NCBI GenBank assembly: GCA_964598205.1
Contig: CAZRBB010000003.1
Coordinates: 17,046 to 81,045 of the forward strand
Origin: an uncultured Candidatus Saccharibacteria bacterium
GTDB taxonomy: Bacteria > Patescibacteriota > Minisyncoccia > CAIUEV01 > JAHKAQ01
Direction of reading: 5' to 3'
DNA length: 64,000 nucleotides
Of this stretch, positions 55,854-64,000 are shown one piece after another. A model generated the notes under the pieces. The model saw only the letters and a list, made by a program, of their open reading frames with translations. It did no database searches and was not told where the DNA came from. A program made the position numbers and the translations under genes. How positions within the stretch are numbered: position 1 is the first letter of the stretch; every line of letters begins with the position of its first letter.

Positions 55854-57413
55854 ATGAAGAAAAGAAAATTGAATAAAATTTGTATTCTTGATTTTGGTTC
55901 TCAGACCACACAATTAATCGCAAGAAAGATAAGAGGTTTGGGGGTTTATGCTGAAATTGTACCATTCAATATTAAAGCTTCCCAGATTGATAAGGAGACG
56001 GTAAAGGGAATTGTTTTTTCCGGTGGACCAGAAAGTATTTACAAAAAAAATTCGCCTAGGCCAGATCCTTTAATTTATCAAAAAGGAATTCCTGTTTTAG
56101 GTATTTGCTATGGGCTTCAATTGATCACTAATCACTTTGGAGGAGAGATAACGGCTGGAGAAAAAAAGAAAGAGTATGGAGAGGCTTCTTTGGATCTTAA
56201 AAAAGAAAAAGATCAGGAACCATTTTTGACTGGGGTAAAAAAGAGTTCTTGTGTTTGGATGAGCCATGGTGATGAAGCCAAAAAAATTCCTTTTGGATTT
56301 AAGGTTTTGGGGGCGACAAAAAATTCTCCATCCGCCATTTTTTCTGACAAGAGAAGAGGTTTTTATGCAGTCCAGTTTCATCCAGAAGTTTCACAGACTA
56401 AAGAAGGAGGGAAGCTTTTGGCGAATTTTGTTTTTAATATTTGCGCTTGTTCTTTGGATTGGCTTGCCGGAGATATTGTTAACAATCTAACAGAAGAAGC
56501 AAGAGAAATTGCTGCGGGAAGAAATGTTTTAGAGGGTGTTTCTGGCGGGGTAGATTCAACGGTAATGGCTGTTTTGCTTCATCGAGCTTTGGGTAAAAAG
56601 TTGCGCTGTCTTTTGGTAGATACTGGTTTTTTAAGAAAAAATGAAATAGAGGTAATAAAAAAAAGATTCAATCATTTTTTAAAGTTCCCAGTAGAAGTAA
56701 GAGATGCTTCTTCTTCTTTCTTGACTCAAGTAGGGAGAGAGATTGATGGTCAAGTAAGAAGAAAAATTATTGGTCGAGAGTACATTAAGCTTTTTTTGAG
56801 CGAAATGGGGCCGAAAGATGTTTTGGCTCAAGGAACGCTTTATCCCGATGTAATTGAATCGGCAGCAGAAGTAAGTGGTCCGGCACACACAATCAAGACA
56901 CACCACAATAGAGTAAAAGAGGTGTTGGATTTAATGGAAGAGGGAAGAGTTTTAGAAATTTTTAAAGGCTTGTTTAAAGATGAGGTGCGAGCCATTGGTA
57001 GGGAGTTGGGCTTGCCTTTAGAAATAATCGCTCGCCAACCTTTTCCTGGACCGGGGTTGGCAATAAGAATTTTGGGAGAAATAACTACCGACAGACTAGA
57101 AACATTAAGAGATGCAGACGCAATTGTAATAGAAGAATTAAAAAAGGCTGATCTTTATTTTAAGATTGCTCAAACGGTAGTGGCGCTCGATGCGCACCAA
57201 GCAACCTGTGTTAAAGGAGATGCTAAAGGGTCGGGGTATTTAATCTTAGTAAAAAATGTGCAAACCCTAGACTTTATGACAACGGAAGCGTTTGATTTGG
57301 GCTTTGATCTTAGAAAAAAAATAACCACCAGAATTCTAAATGAAGTAAAAGGAGCGGGAAGGGTTTTGTTTGACGAGTCCAATAAACCACCAGCAACTAT
57401 TTGTTATCTTTAG
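55854..57413 (+). CDS. guaA: GMP synthase (glutamine-hydrolysing)
   Basis: GATase1 Cys (GICYGLQ), ATP-PPase SGGVDS motif, and C-terminal dimerisation domain. Confidence 0.95.
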   Translation: MKKRKLNKICILDFGSQTTQLIARKIRGLGVYAEIVPFNIKASQIDKETVKGIVFSGGPESIYKKNSPRPDPLIYQKGIPVLGICYGLQLITNHFGGEITAGEKKKEYGEASLDLKKEKDQEPFLTGVKKSSCVWMSHGDEAKKIPFGFKVLGATKNSPSAIFSDKRRGFYAVQFHPEVSQTKEGGKLLANFVFNICACSLDWLAGDIVNNLTEEAREIAAGRNVLEGVSGGVDSTVMAVLLHRALGKKLRCLLVDTGFLRKNEIEVIKKRFNHFLKFPVEVRDASSSFLTQVGREIDGQVRRKIIGREYIKLFLSEMGPKDVLAQGTLYPDVIESAAEVSGPAHTIKTHHNRVKEVLDLMEEGRVLEIFKGLFKDEVRAIGRELGLPLEIIARQPFPGPGLAIRILGEITTDRLETLRDADAIVIEELKKADLYFKIAQTVVALDAHQATCVKGDAKGSGYLILVKNVQTLDFMTTEAFDLGFDLRKKITTRILNEVKGAGRVLFDESNKPPATICYL

Positions 57414-57422
57414 TGCTTTTTT

Positions 57423-58292
57423 ATGCCTGAGCTTCCAGAAGTAGAAACCGTGACGAGAGGACTTAATGCCAATGTTTTGAGAAGAGAGATTATAGATGTG
57501 GAAATTGAACACTCAAAAATAGTAAGAGAAATTAGTACAGAGATTTTTAAGAAAAAAATAAAACATCGGCGGTTTGTTTTTTTTAGTCGCCTAGCTAAAA
57601 ATATTTTAGGAGAACTGGATAATGGAGATGTCTTATGGATTCACTTAAAAATGACAGGACATCTTCTTTTTAAGCCTCTAAAACTCGATGCGGTACTTGT
57701 TGGTAATTTAAACGACAAGTTTAATGGATATATAAGACTCTCTTTTATTTTTAAGGACGGTAGCCGCTTATGTTTTTCTGATCTACGAAAATTCGGTCGA
57801 ATTAAGCTGATAGAGGCTCCGATTAAATCAATTAAGAAAAATCCAGAGAAATTTGGACTAGGAAAGATTGGTCCAGAACCGTTAGCCAAGGGGTCTGGAC
57901 TTGATTTGTTTACCAAGGCGCTTTTAAGAAGCAAAAAACCGATCAAGCCTTTATTGCTTGTGCCGGCGGTAGTTGCTGGGATTGGTAATATTTATGCAAG
58001 TGAGATTTTATTTAGAGCAAAGATTAGTCCTCTGCGACTGGGTAATAGTTTAAAACAGAAAGAGATAAAAAATATTTGGCAAAAGGCGCACTTAATTTTT
58101 AAAAAAGCAATCAAATTAGGAGGAACTTCGGTTAGTGATTTTAGAAACATTAGAGGAGAAAAGGGTTGTTTCGGCAAGGAGCTTTTAGTATATGGAAGGG
58201 CTGGAAAAAAATGCCCAGTTTGTGCTAAAATTGTTCAAAGAATAAAACAGGGAGGAAGGAGTACTTTTTATTGTTCCTTTTGTCAAAAATAA
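57423..58292 (+). CDS. mutM: Formamidopyrimidine-DNA glycosylase
   Basis: N-terminal MPELPEVE and a C-terminal zinc finger C-x2-C ... C-x2-C. Confidence 0.9.
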   Translation: MPELPEVETVTRGLNANVLRREIIDVEIEHSKIVREISTEIFKKKIKHRRFVFFSRLAKNILGELDNGDVLWIHLKMTGHLLFKPLKLDAVLVGNLNDKFNGYIRLSFIFKDGSRLCFSDLRKFGRIKLIEAPIKSIKKNPEKFGLGKIGPEPLAKGSGLDLFTKALLRSKKPIKPLLLVPAVVAGIGNIYASEILFRAKISPLRLGNSLKQKEIKNIWQKAHLIFKKAIKLGGTSVSDFRNIRGEKGCFGKELLVYGRAGKKCPVCAKIVQRIKQGGRSTFYCSFCQK

Positions 58293-58306
58293 TTTTTAGT
58301 TTAATT

Positions 58307-59473
58307 ATGAAAAACATTCTAGAGAAAATCAAAACTGATTCTCGCTTGCGTTGGGGGTTGCTGGCTGTTCTTTTGGTGGTTATTCTAACGATTGGTTTTT
58401 TAAGATCTAAGGCAGGAAAAGATGCCAAAATTGAAATCCAGAAAAAGCAAGAAAAAGAGGTTGCGGACAGAGTTTCTTATTCAGCTGAGTTTCCTGATTT
58501 AGAAAAGGAGAAGCAAGAAGTACTAACTCCCGGAGAGGTTAGTCCAATTTCTGGACTTAAGTGCAACCCAGGAGAGAATCGTAATCGCCGGCCAATAGGA
58601 GTAATGCTGGCCGGAGATAAGGGAGTAAGACCGCTTTCTGGAACAGGAGAGGCGGACATGGTGTTCGAAATGCCCGTAATCACAGCAAGTATTACTCGAC
58701 TGATGGCAGTTTTTGTTTGTAATTCGCCAAAGGAAATTGGTTCAATCAGGAGCGCTCGTCACGACTATATTGCTTTGGCCAAGGGTTTAGATGCCATGCT
58801 GGCGCATTGGGGAGGCTCTCACTTTGCATTAGAGATGCTTAAAAACAAAGAAACAGCTCCAGACTTAGATGCTATGAGAAATGAAGGTGGAGCGTTTTTC
58901 CGTAAGGCAGGAATCTTGCCTCCCGATAATGGCTTTGCGGAGTACGACAAGCTTTTGGCTACAGCCAAGACGCTGGGATACAGAACGGAAAATCATTTTG
59001 AGGGTTATGTGCATAGAGCAGAGTCAGCCGTTAGCGATAGAGGCAAGGGTGGTAGATTGATAGTGGGATTCCCGGGAGTTTATCGGGTAGAATATGCTTA
59101 CGATGCAAAAACGAATTCTTATTTAAGAGAATGGGATGGCAAAGTAGATTTAGACCGAAATACTAATACTCAGGTAGCTCCTAAAAATGTGGTAGTGATC
59201 TTTGCTACTTCTAGGCAAATAGAAGGTCAGTACAACGATGTGGACATAGAAGGGTCGGGAGAGATGAGAGCTTTTATTGAAGGGCATGAATTTAAGGGAA
59301 CATGGGAAAAGAAAAAAGGGAACTGTGTAATAGGAAACGAGCTGGTTTGTGTTAATTCTGCAAAACTTACCTTTTTAAAAGAAGATGGCAAAGAATTGGA
59401 ATTTGTTCCTGGGCAGATTTGGGTAGAGGTTTTAGAGCCCGGACAAAAGCTAAAATGGACGCCAGAGGGATGA
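58307..59473 (+). CDS. DUF3048-family (YerB-like) membrane-anchored protein
   Basis: N-terminal TM anchor, then PIGVMLAGDKGVRPLSGTGEADMVFEMPV, typical of DUF3048. The start was moved to the ATG at 58307 to avoid overlap with mutM. Confidence 0.5.
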   Translation: MKNILEKIKTDSRLRWGLLAVLLVVILTIGFLRSKAGKDAKIEIQKKQEKEVADRVSYSAEFPDLEKEKQEVLTPGEVSPISGLKCNPGENRNRRPIGVMLAGDKGVRPLSGTGEADMVFEMPVITASITRLMAVFVCNSPKEIGSIRSARHDYIALAKGLDAMLAHWGGSHFALEMLKNKETAPDLDAMRNEGGAFFRKAGILPPDNGFAEYDKLLATAKTLGYRTENHFEGYVHRAESAVSDRGKGGRLIVGFPGVYRVEYAYDAKTNSYLREWDGKVDLDRNTNTQVAPKNVVVIFATSRQIEGQYNDVDIEGSGEMRAFIEGHEFKGTWEKKKGNCVIGNELVCVNSAKLTFLKEDGKELEFVPGQIWVEVLEPGQKLKWTPEG

Positions 59474-60414
59474 TTTTTCTTTTTACTGCTCCAAAAAATT
59501 CATATTTTCTTTTTCGAGAAAGAGAGCTGATTAAGGAAAGAGCAAAAGAAGCCCATGATCTTTGGGCTTCTTTTGATTTGGAAAATTGGCCCAAGAAAGA
59601 TGAATTAAATTCTTTGCTAAGTGCTAAGGGTTTTTTTGAGGAAGAAAAAAGCTTGGTATTTAAAAATGCAACACTTCTTTCGATTGATCAGGCAGGATAT
59701 TTAAAAGAATTAATTAAAAAAAGAAAAATATCGAAAGATAAGGAAACGAAGTTGTATTTTTTAGAAGAAGCTCCTTCTAAAAAAGCACCTCTCTATGTTT
59801 TTTTAAAAAAACAGGCTGAAGTTTTTAGGGAAATAAAAAATCCAACAGGAATTGAGTTTGAAAATTTTCTAAAAGAAGAAGCGCATCGTTTAAAGATAGA
59901 GATAGAGCCGCAAGCCGTTAAGAGGCTTGGTTTTTGGACTAAGTTTGACCCCTGGGAAGCGATAAAGATAATGGAGAGAGCCTTTTTGGTGGATGGTGGT
60001 CAAAAGGTTACAGAAAAAAAAATAGAAGAAATGGTGGAAAATGTTTTGGAAGAAAATATTTTTCTAGCTCTAGAAGCTTTGGCAAGAAAAGAGAAGGGTA
60101 AGGCCCTAGACTTGTTTGGTCAAGCGAGAATTAACGGCGGTCATCCGCTTTATTTGCTTTCAATGATTACTTACCAAATAAGAACGCTGGCAATTATTAA
60201 GAGTGTTCAAGAAAAAGGCTTGGGTCTTTCTGAAATAAGCAGGGAAGCAGGGATACACCCCTATGTGGTAGAAAAAAATAGCTCTCTTTTGGAAAAAATG
60301 GGAATGGATCAGATTAAAAAAATATACCAAAAATTGGCAGAAATTGATTTTTCTATTAAGACAGGAAAGCTAGATCCTTTTTTGGCACTAGACCTGTTTG
60401 TTATTTTTTCTTAG
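59470..60414 (+). CDS. holA: DNA polymerase III delta subunit (HolA)-like
   Basis: About 315 aa with helical clamp-loader delta architecture; the adjacent convergent rpsT matches the Firmicutes-type holA-rpsT neighbourhood. ATG at 59470 overlaps the upstream stop (ATGA). Confidence 0.6.
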   Translation: MIFLFTAPKNSYFLFRERELIKERAKEAHDLWASFDLENWPKKDELNSLLSAKGFFEEEKSLVFKNATLLSIDQAGYLKELIKKRKISKDKETKLYFLEEAPSKKAPLYVFLKKQAEVFREIKNPTGIEFENFLKEEAHRLKIEIEPQAVKRLGFWTKFDPWEAIKIMERAFLVDGGQKVTEKKIEEMVENVLEENIFLALEALARKEKGKALDLFGQARINGGHPLYLLSMITYQIRTLAIIKSVQEKGLGLSEISREAGIHPYVVEKNSSLLEKMGMDQIKKIYQKLAEIDFSIKTGKLDPFLALDLFVIFS

Positions 60415-60679
60415 ATTTTTCAGCTAGCTTGATAGCTAAGGAAAGACGAGATTTTTTACGGCCAGCGGTGTTTTTTTTGATCACCTTTTTTTGAGAGGCT
60501 TTATCTATAGCCTTTATGGCTTGCTTAAAGGTTTCTTTGGCCTTAGCGATTTCTTGTTTCTTAATTAGTTCCCTTGTTTCCTTAATGGCAGCGCGCATCT
60601 TTTTTTTGTAGACAAGATTTCTTGTTTTTTTGCGACCACTGGATTTAACGAACTTCTTAGCCGATTGCTTGATAGGCAT
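60401..60679 (-). CDS. rpsT: 30S ribosomal protein S20
   Basis: 92 aa, very basic helical protein with an S20-like sequence (MPIKQSAKK ...). Confidence 0.9.
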   Translation of the reverse strand: MPIKQSAKKFVKSSGRKKTRNLVYKKKMRAAIKETRELIKKQEIAKAKETFKQAIKAIDKASQKKVIKKNTAGRKKSRLSLAIKLAEKSKKK

Positions 60680-60796
60680 AATAACAATGAATGATTAAGT
60701 TGATAGTAATAGGGAAATTCAATATAGTAATTGTTAGCATGCAGAAAAGAAAGAGTAAAGAGGAAAATAAGCAAATTAAAGTTAATCAAAAATAAA

Positions 60797-61375
60797 ATGA
60801 TTGCTAGATTAGAAGGAAAAGTGGTTTCCAAAAAAGAAGATTTCTTAGTAGTGATGGTGGGAGGACTGGGGTTTAAGGTTTTTGTTTCTGCAGAGGCACT
60901 AGAAAAAGCAAAAGAAGGAGACGAGATTTCTCTTTTCACCTTTCTTGCTGTAAGAGAGAATGCCTTGGAATTATTTGGGTTTCTTTCCGAAAGGGAGTTA
61001 GAATTTTTTATGCTCTTGATTTCTGTTTCTGGTATTGGTCCCAAGGGGGCAATGCGGATTCTGGATCAAGCAACACCAGGAGAACTTCAGGGTTCAATTC
61101 TGGAAGCGGACAGTTCTATTTTGACCAAGGTTTCTGGTATTGGTACTAAAACAGCAGAACGAATTATTTTGGAATTAAAAAACAAGCTAGGAAAACTGCC
61201 TTCCACAGAAACACAAAACTCAAAGAAAGACCTAGACGCCTTAGAGGCGCTGGTTTCCTTGGGTTATTCCTCTGGAGAAACAAGACAGGCGCTAAAAAGC
61301 TTAAAAGGAGAAGAAATGACCACGGAAGAAAGAGTGCGACAAGCAATAAAGTTTTTGTCTCGAGGCCGTCATTAG
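60797..61375 (+). CDS. ruvA: Holliday junction DNA helicase RuvA
   Basis: MIARLEGKV N-terminus; HhH motifs (ISVSGIGPKGAMRIL, VSGIGTKTAERI). Start set at the internal ATG at 60797. Confidence 0.9.
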   Translation: MIARLEGKVVSKKEDFLVVMVGGLGFKVFVSAEALEKAKEGDEISLFTFLAVRENALELFGFLSERELEFFMLLISVSGIGPKGAMRILDQATPGELQGSILEADSSILTKVSGIGTKTAERIILELKNKLGKLPSTETQNSKKDLDALEALVSLGYSSGETRQALKSLKGEEMTTEERVRQAIKFLSRGRH

Positions 61376-62370
61376 GAGAGCCAACGGTAAAGTTTTTGAT
61401 AGATTTGGTAAGCGATTGGATAAAGAGGTAGGTCGTAGGTAGGATGGAAAACTGCTTCTGTTCCATTAAAACCCTTTTTAAAACGAGTAACTCCGGGCCA
61501 TTTTTCCGAATCCACTCCCCAGAAATCGTAATACTGGAGATTATTCTGGCAAGCGTCTTGAATTGCCTCCCATTGGAGCAGGTGTGGAGCCATCCAGTTG
61601 CGGAAAATGTTAGCAGAGGCTCCGTGTAAATAAGTAGCTGTTTTGTTGTGGTTGATCACAAGAATAGCAGCCAACGGGGTCTTTTTTTTGTAAGCGACAT
61701 AGATTGAAAGTTTTTTTTCGGGACCAAGAGAGCTGGCCATTTTTTGATAGTAATTTTTGGGGTGCAGTGAAAATTCGCTTCGCGAACCCGTTACTTGCAG
61801 CAGTTTCCACATGTCTTCTACCAGTTCTTTGCTGTATCCTTTCTTAACTATTAACTTCTTTTTTAGAGCAAGGCGAATATTGTAACGAGTTTTTGGCTTT
61901 ATCGCAGTAAGAATCAAAGATGGATCCGGGTTTAATTTTAAGAAAGAAGTGGAAGATGGTTGTTTTGTTTTTCCAATTGCAGGGAGAAGGTGAGATAGAG
62001 TTAGCTTTTTGTCTCTTAAGATAGGAGGATTGAATCGCAAAAAAAGACAGTGCTTTTTTTTAAACTGTTCCTTGATTTGATTAAAAATTTGAGCGATCTC
62101 TCTTTTTTTTAAGCCTTGATAAGGAATGTCTGGGCCAAAGGGGCAGTAGGCGTAAGATAAAAAGGGGAGAGGAGATCGAATCAAAAAAACAGCTTTACCG
62201 ATAATTTTTTTTTGATTGTTTTTTATTAAAAAAAGTTGAGGAGATTGGCCAGTATTAGTCAGAAAGCGATTCCAGGAAGCAGAGTAAGAAAATTCTCCAG
62301 GGAAAAAAGAAGAAGAGGGGTTTGATTTTTCCCAAAAAGAAAAATCAGTAGTTTCTTTTAAAGTAAACAT
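61372..62370 (-). CDS. FemAB-family peptidoglycan-bridge (aminoacyl-tRNA-dependent) transferase-like protein
   Basis: 332 aa with a GNAT-like Fem fold and FemAB-like C-terminal motif (YYDFWGV ... FKKGFNG). Confidence 0.7.
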   Translation of the reverse strand: MFTLKETTDFSFWEKSNPSSSFFPGEFSYSASWNRFLTNTGQSPQLFLIKNNQKKIIGKAVFLIRSPLPFLSYAYCPFGPDIPYQGLKKREIAQIFNQIKEQFKKKHCLFLRFNPPILRDKKLTLSHLLPAIGKTKQPSSTSFLKLNPDPSLILTAIKPKTRYNIRLALKKKLIVKKGYSKELVEDMWKLLQVTGSRSEFSLHPKNYYQKMASSLGPEKKLSIYVAYKKKTPLAAILVINHNKTATYLHGASANIFRNWMAPHLLQWEAIQDACQNNLQYYDFWGVDSEKWPGVTRFKKGFNGTEAVFHPTYDLPLYPIAYQIYQKLYRWLS

Positions 62371-62385
62371 AAAAATGGCCGGTGT

Positions 62386-62862
62386 TTAAAAAGAAAAAAA
62401 GTTTAAGATCCAAATCCAGAAAAAGGAGCCAATAATTCCTAGAACAAAACCGGAAATAGCTTCGGTTGCGGTGTGGCCCACTCTTTCTTTGAGTTTAGGA
62501 TAGTTCTTTTTTCCAGCTTCTTCTATAAAACGGTTAATGGTTTTTCCATAGTCGCCAATGTAGGCACGGAGCTTAATAGCGTCGTAAATGGTGAGAATTC
62601 CCAAAGAAAAGGCAACACCAAAAACAGGAGAATTAAGGCCGGCATAATAACCCGTAACAACCATTAAAGATGTGACACAGGCAGTGTGAGAGCTTGGAAG
62701 ATGACCGTACTCAAAAAGAAACTTCCAATCAAGCCCATGTTTAAATGAGTAAAGAAAGAACTTAATAATCTGGGCAGAAACCCACATTAATAAAGGAATA
62801 AGAAGGATTGCGTAATTTTCTGGAGCGGAAAAATAATTCATAATAAAGCTTACTTGATTCAT
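62386..62862 (-). CDS. Divergent PAP2 (DUF212) family membrane phosphatase-like protein
   Basis: GHLPSSHTA motif and four TM helices. Confidence 0.75.
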   Translation of the reverse strand: MNQVSFIMNYFSAPENYAILLIPLLMWVSAQIIKFFLYSFKHGLDWKFLFEYGHLPSSHTACVTSLMVVTGYYAGLNSPVFGVAFSLGILTIYDAIKLRAYIGDYGKTINRFIEEAGKKNYPKLKERVGHTATEAISGFVLGIIGSFFWIWILNFFSF

Positions 62863-62958
62863 TTTAACAAAACGGACAATAAAGAGAAGCCCTAATCGTT
62901 TGCTGGTGGCTTTAGGCTTAGTGTATAATCAAAATATGATTAATTTTAAATAAAATTT

Positions 62959-63519
62959 ATGACAACGATTGTGCTTGTGGTTGTGTTAGTTCTTTTTGGA
63001 GGGTTTATTGCAGGGCTGTATAATGGGCTAATTCAATTACGGAACAAAACTCAAGAAGCTTGGTCAGACATAGATGTTCAATTAAAAAGAAGATACGATC
63101 TAGTTCCTAATTTAGTAGAAACAGTTAAGGGTTACGCCAGGCACGAAGACAAGGTTTTTACAGAAGTAACAGAAGCTCGTTCCCGAGCAATGCAGGCAGA
63201 AGATCCTAAGACTAGAGGTGAGGCAGAAGCAGGATTGTCTGGTGCGTTAAAATCGCTATTTGCAGTGGCGGAGAGTTATCCTGAATTAAAAGCTAGCACT
63301 AATTTTAGCCAACTTCAGGAACAATTATCAGAAATTGAAGATCAGATTCAGAACGCACGCCGCTACTACAATGGTAATGTTAGAGAGCTAAACACCAAAA
63401 TAGAAGTTTTTCCTAACAACTTATTAGCACCAGTAATGGGTTTTAAGAAATTTGAATTTTTTAAACTGGAAAGCGAAGAAGAAAAGAAAAATGTTAAAGT
63501 AAATTTTTCTCAAAAATAA
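62959..63519 (+). CDS. lemA: LemA-family protein
   Basis: N-terminal TM plus a conserved LemA core (RRYDLVPNLVETVKGYA ... ESYPELKA). Confidence 0.85.
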   Translation: MTTIVLVVVLVLFGGFIAGLYNGLIQLRNKTQEAWSDIDVQLKRRYDLVPNLVETVKGYARHEDKVFTEVTEARSRAMQAEDPKTRGEAEAGLSGALKSLFAVAESYPELKASTNFSQLQEQLSEIEDQIQNARRYYNGNVRELNTKIEVFPNNLLAPVMGFKKFEFFKLESEEEKKNVKVNFSQK

Positions 63520-64000
63520 ATGCATACCAAAATTGTTTGTACCATTGGGCCTTCGTCTGCTAGCAAAAACAAGCTAAAGGCAATGATTAATTCAGGACTT
63601 TCTGTGGCAAGAATTAACTTGTCTCACGGTAGCCATGAAAGCGATGAAGCATTGATTCATAATGTTCGACTGGCAGCCAAGGAGTGCCAAAAATTCATAG
63701 GAGTAATGATCGATCTTCAGGGTCCTCGACTAAGAATTTTAAGTCTGGAAAAACCAGTTATTGTTAGAGACGGGGAAATGGTTGTTCTTTATGAAGGAGC
63801 GAGCAATAAAAAAGAAAAAGATTTTTCTTTGGGAATAGATGGTAAAGGTCTTTTAAAGTATTTAGAAAAAGGAGACTTTATATTGATAGACAACGGAATG
63901 GTAGAGCTAGAAGTTTGGTCGGTTGTGGGCGGAAAAATTTTATGCAAAGTAAAAACTGGAGGAGAGATCGGTCTGCGCAAGGGTCTGAACATTCCTCGGC
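63520..64000 (+). CDS. pyk: Pyruvate kinase, N-terminal fragment (runs off window)
   Basis: MHTKIVCTIGPSS ... RINLSHGS, typical of pyruvate kinase. ATG overlaps the lemA stop (TAAATG). Confidence 0.85.
   Translation, partial: MHTKIVCTIGPSSASKNKLKAMINSGLSVARINLSHGSHESDEALIHNVRLAAKECQKFIGVMIDLQGPRLRILSLEKPVIVRDGEMVVLYEGASNKKEKDFSLGIDGKGLLKYLEKGDFILIDNGMVELEVWSVVGGKILCKVKTGGEIGLRKGLNIPR

Noticed and set aside
60565-61044. 159-aa minus-strand ORF overlapping rpsT and ruvA
   Set aside because: Low-complexity translation; fully overlapped by two well-supported genes (S20 and RuvA). Treated as spurious.

Overview
Low-GC, gene-dense bacterial chromosome segment, standard genetic code, almost fully coding, with short often overlapping genes. 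The gene content is consistent with a small-genome, reduced-metabolism bacterium (CPR/Patescibacteria-like); this placement is an inference and carries low confidence. 

Core housekeeping genes: the 5' end of folD (3' part lies off-window) and glyA, the secE-nusG-rplK-rplA block, gyrB, gatCA, tRNA-Cys, tRNA-Leu and tRNA-Gly, the rpmH-rnpA-yidC / dnaA-dnaN origin region, ruvA, ruvB, ruvC, guaA, mutM, holA/rpsT, rsmA, cca, prs, and the start of pyk. 

The most notable accessory content: 
(1) a type IV secretion-like membrane cluster with a VirB4 ATPase, a PrgI/VirB3-like protein, a pilin-like protein and a 918-aa VirB6-like polytopic protein; 
(2) a tight operon of two ATP-grasp ligases, one fused to a DTGA retropepsin-like domain, plus a 7TM membrane protein, running directly into a class A PBP; 
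(3) a 1012-aa tandem-fused double PilB/GspE ATPase; 
(4) two long perfect palindromes (44 and 56 bp) sharing a 24-bp CACGTG-centred core, in frame inside an O-antigen-ligase-like gene; 
(5) several GC-rich structured intergenic elements that are candidate ncRNAs; 
(6) a thymidylate cluster with a double-length ThyX-like protein, and a reverse-RuMP pentose cluster (rpiB-hxlA-hxlB-prs). 

No CRISPR array, rRNA gene or clear transposase was seen.
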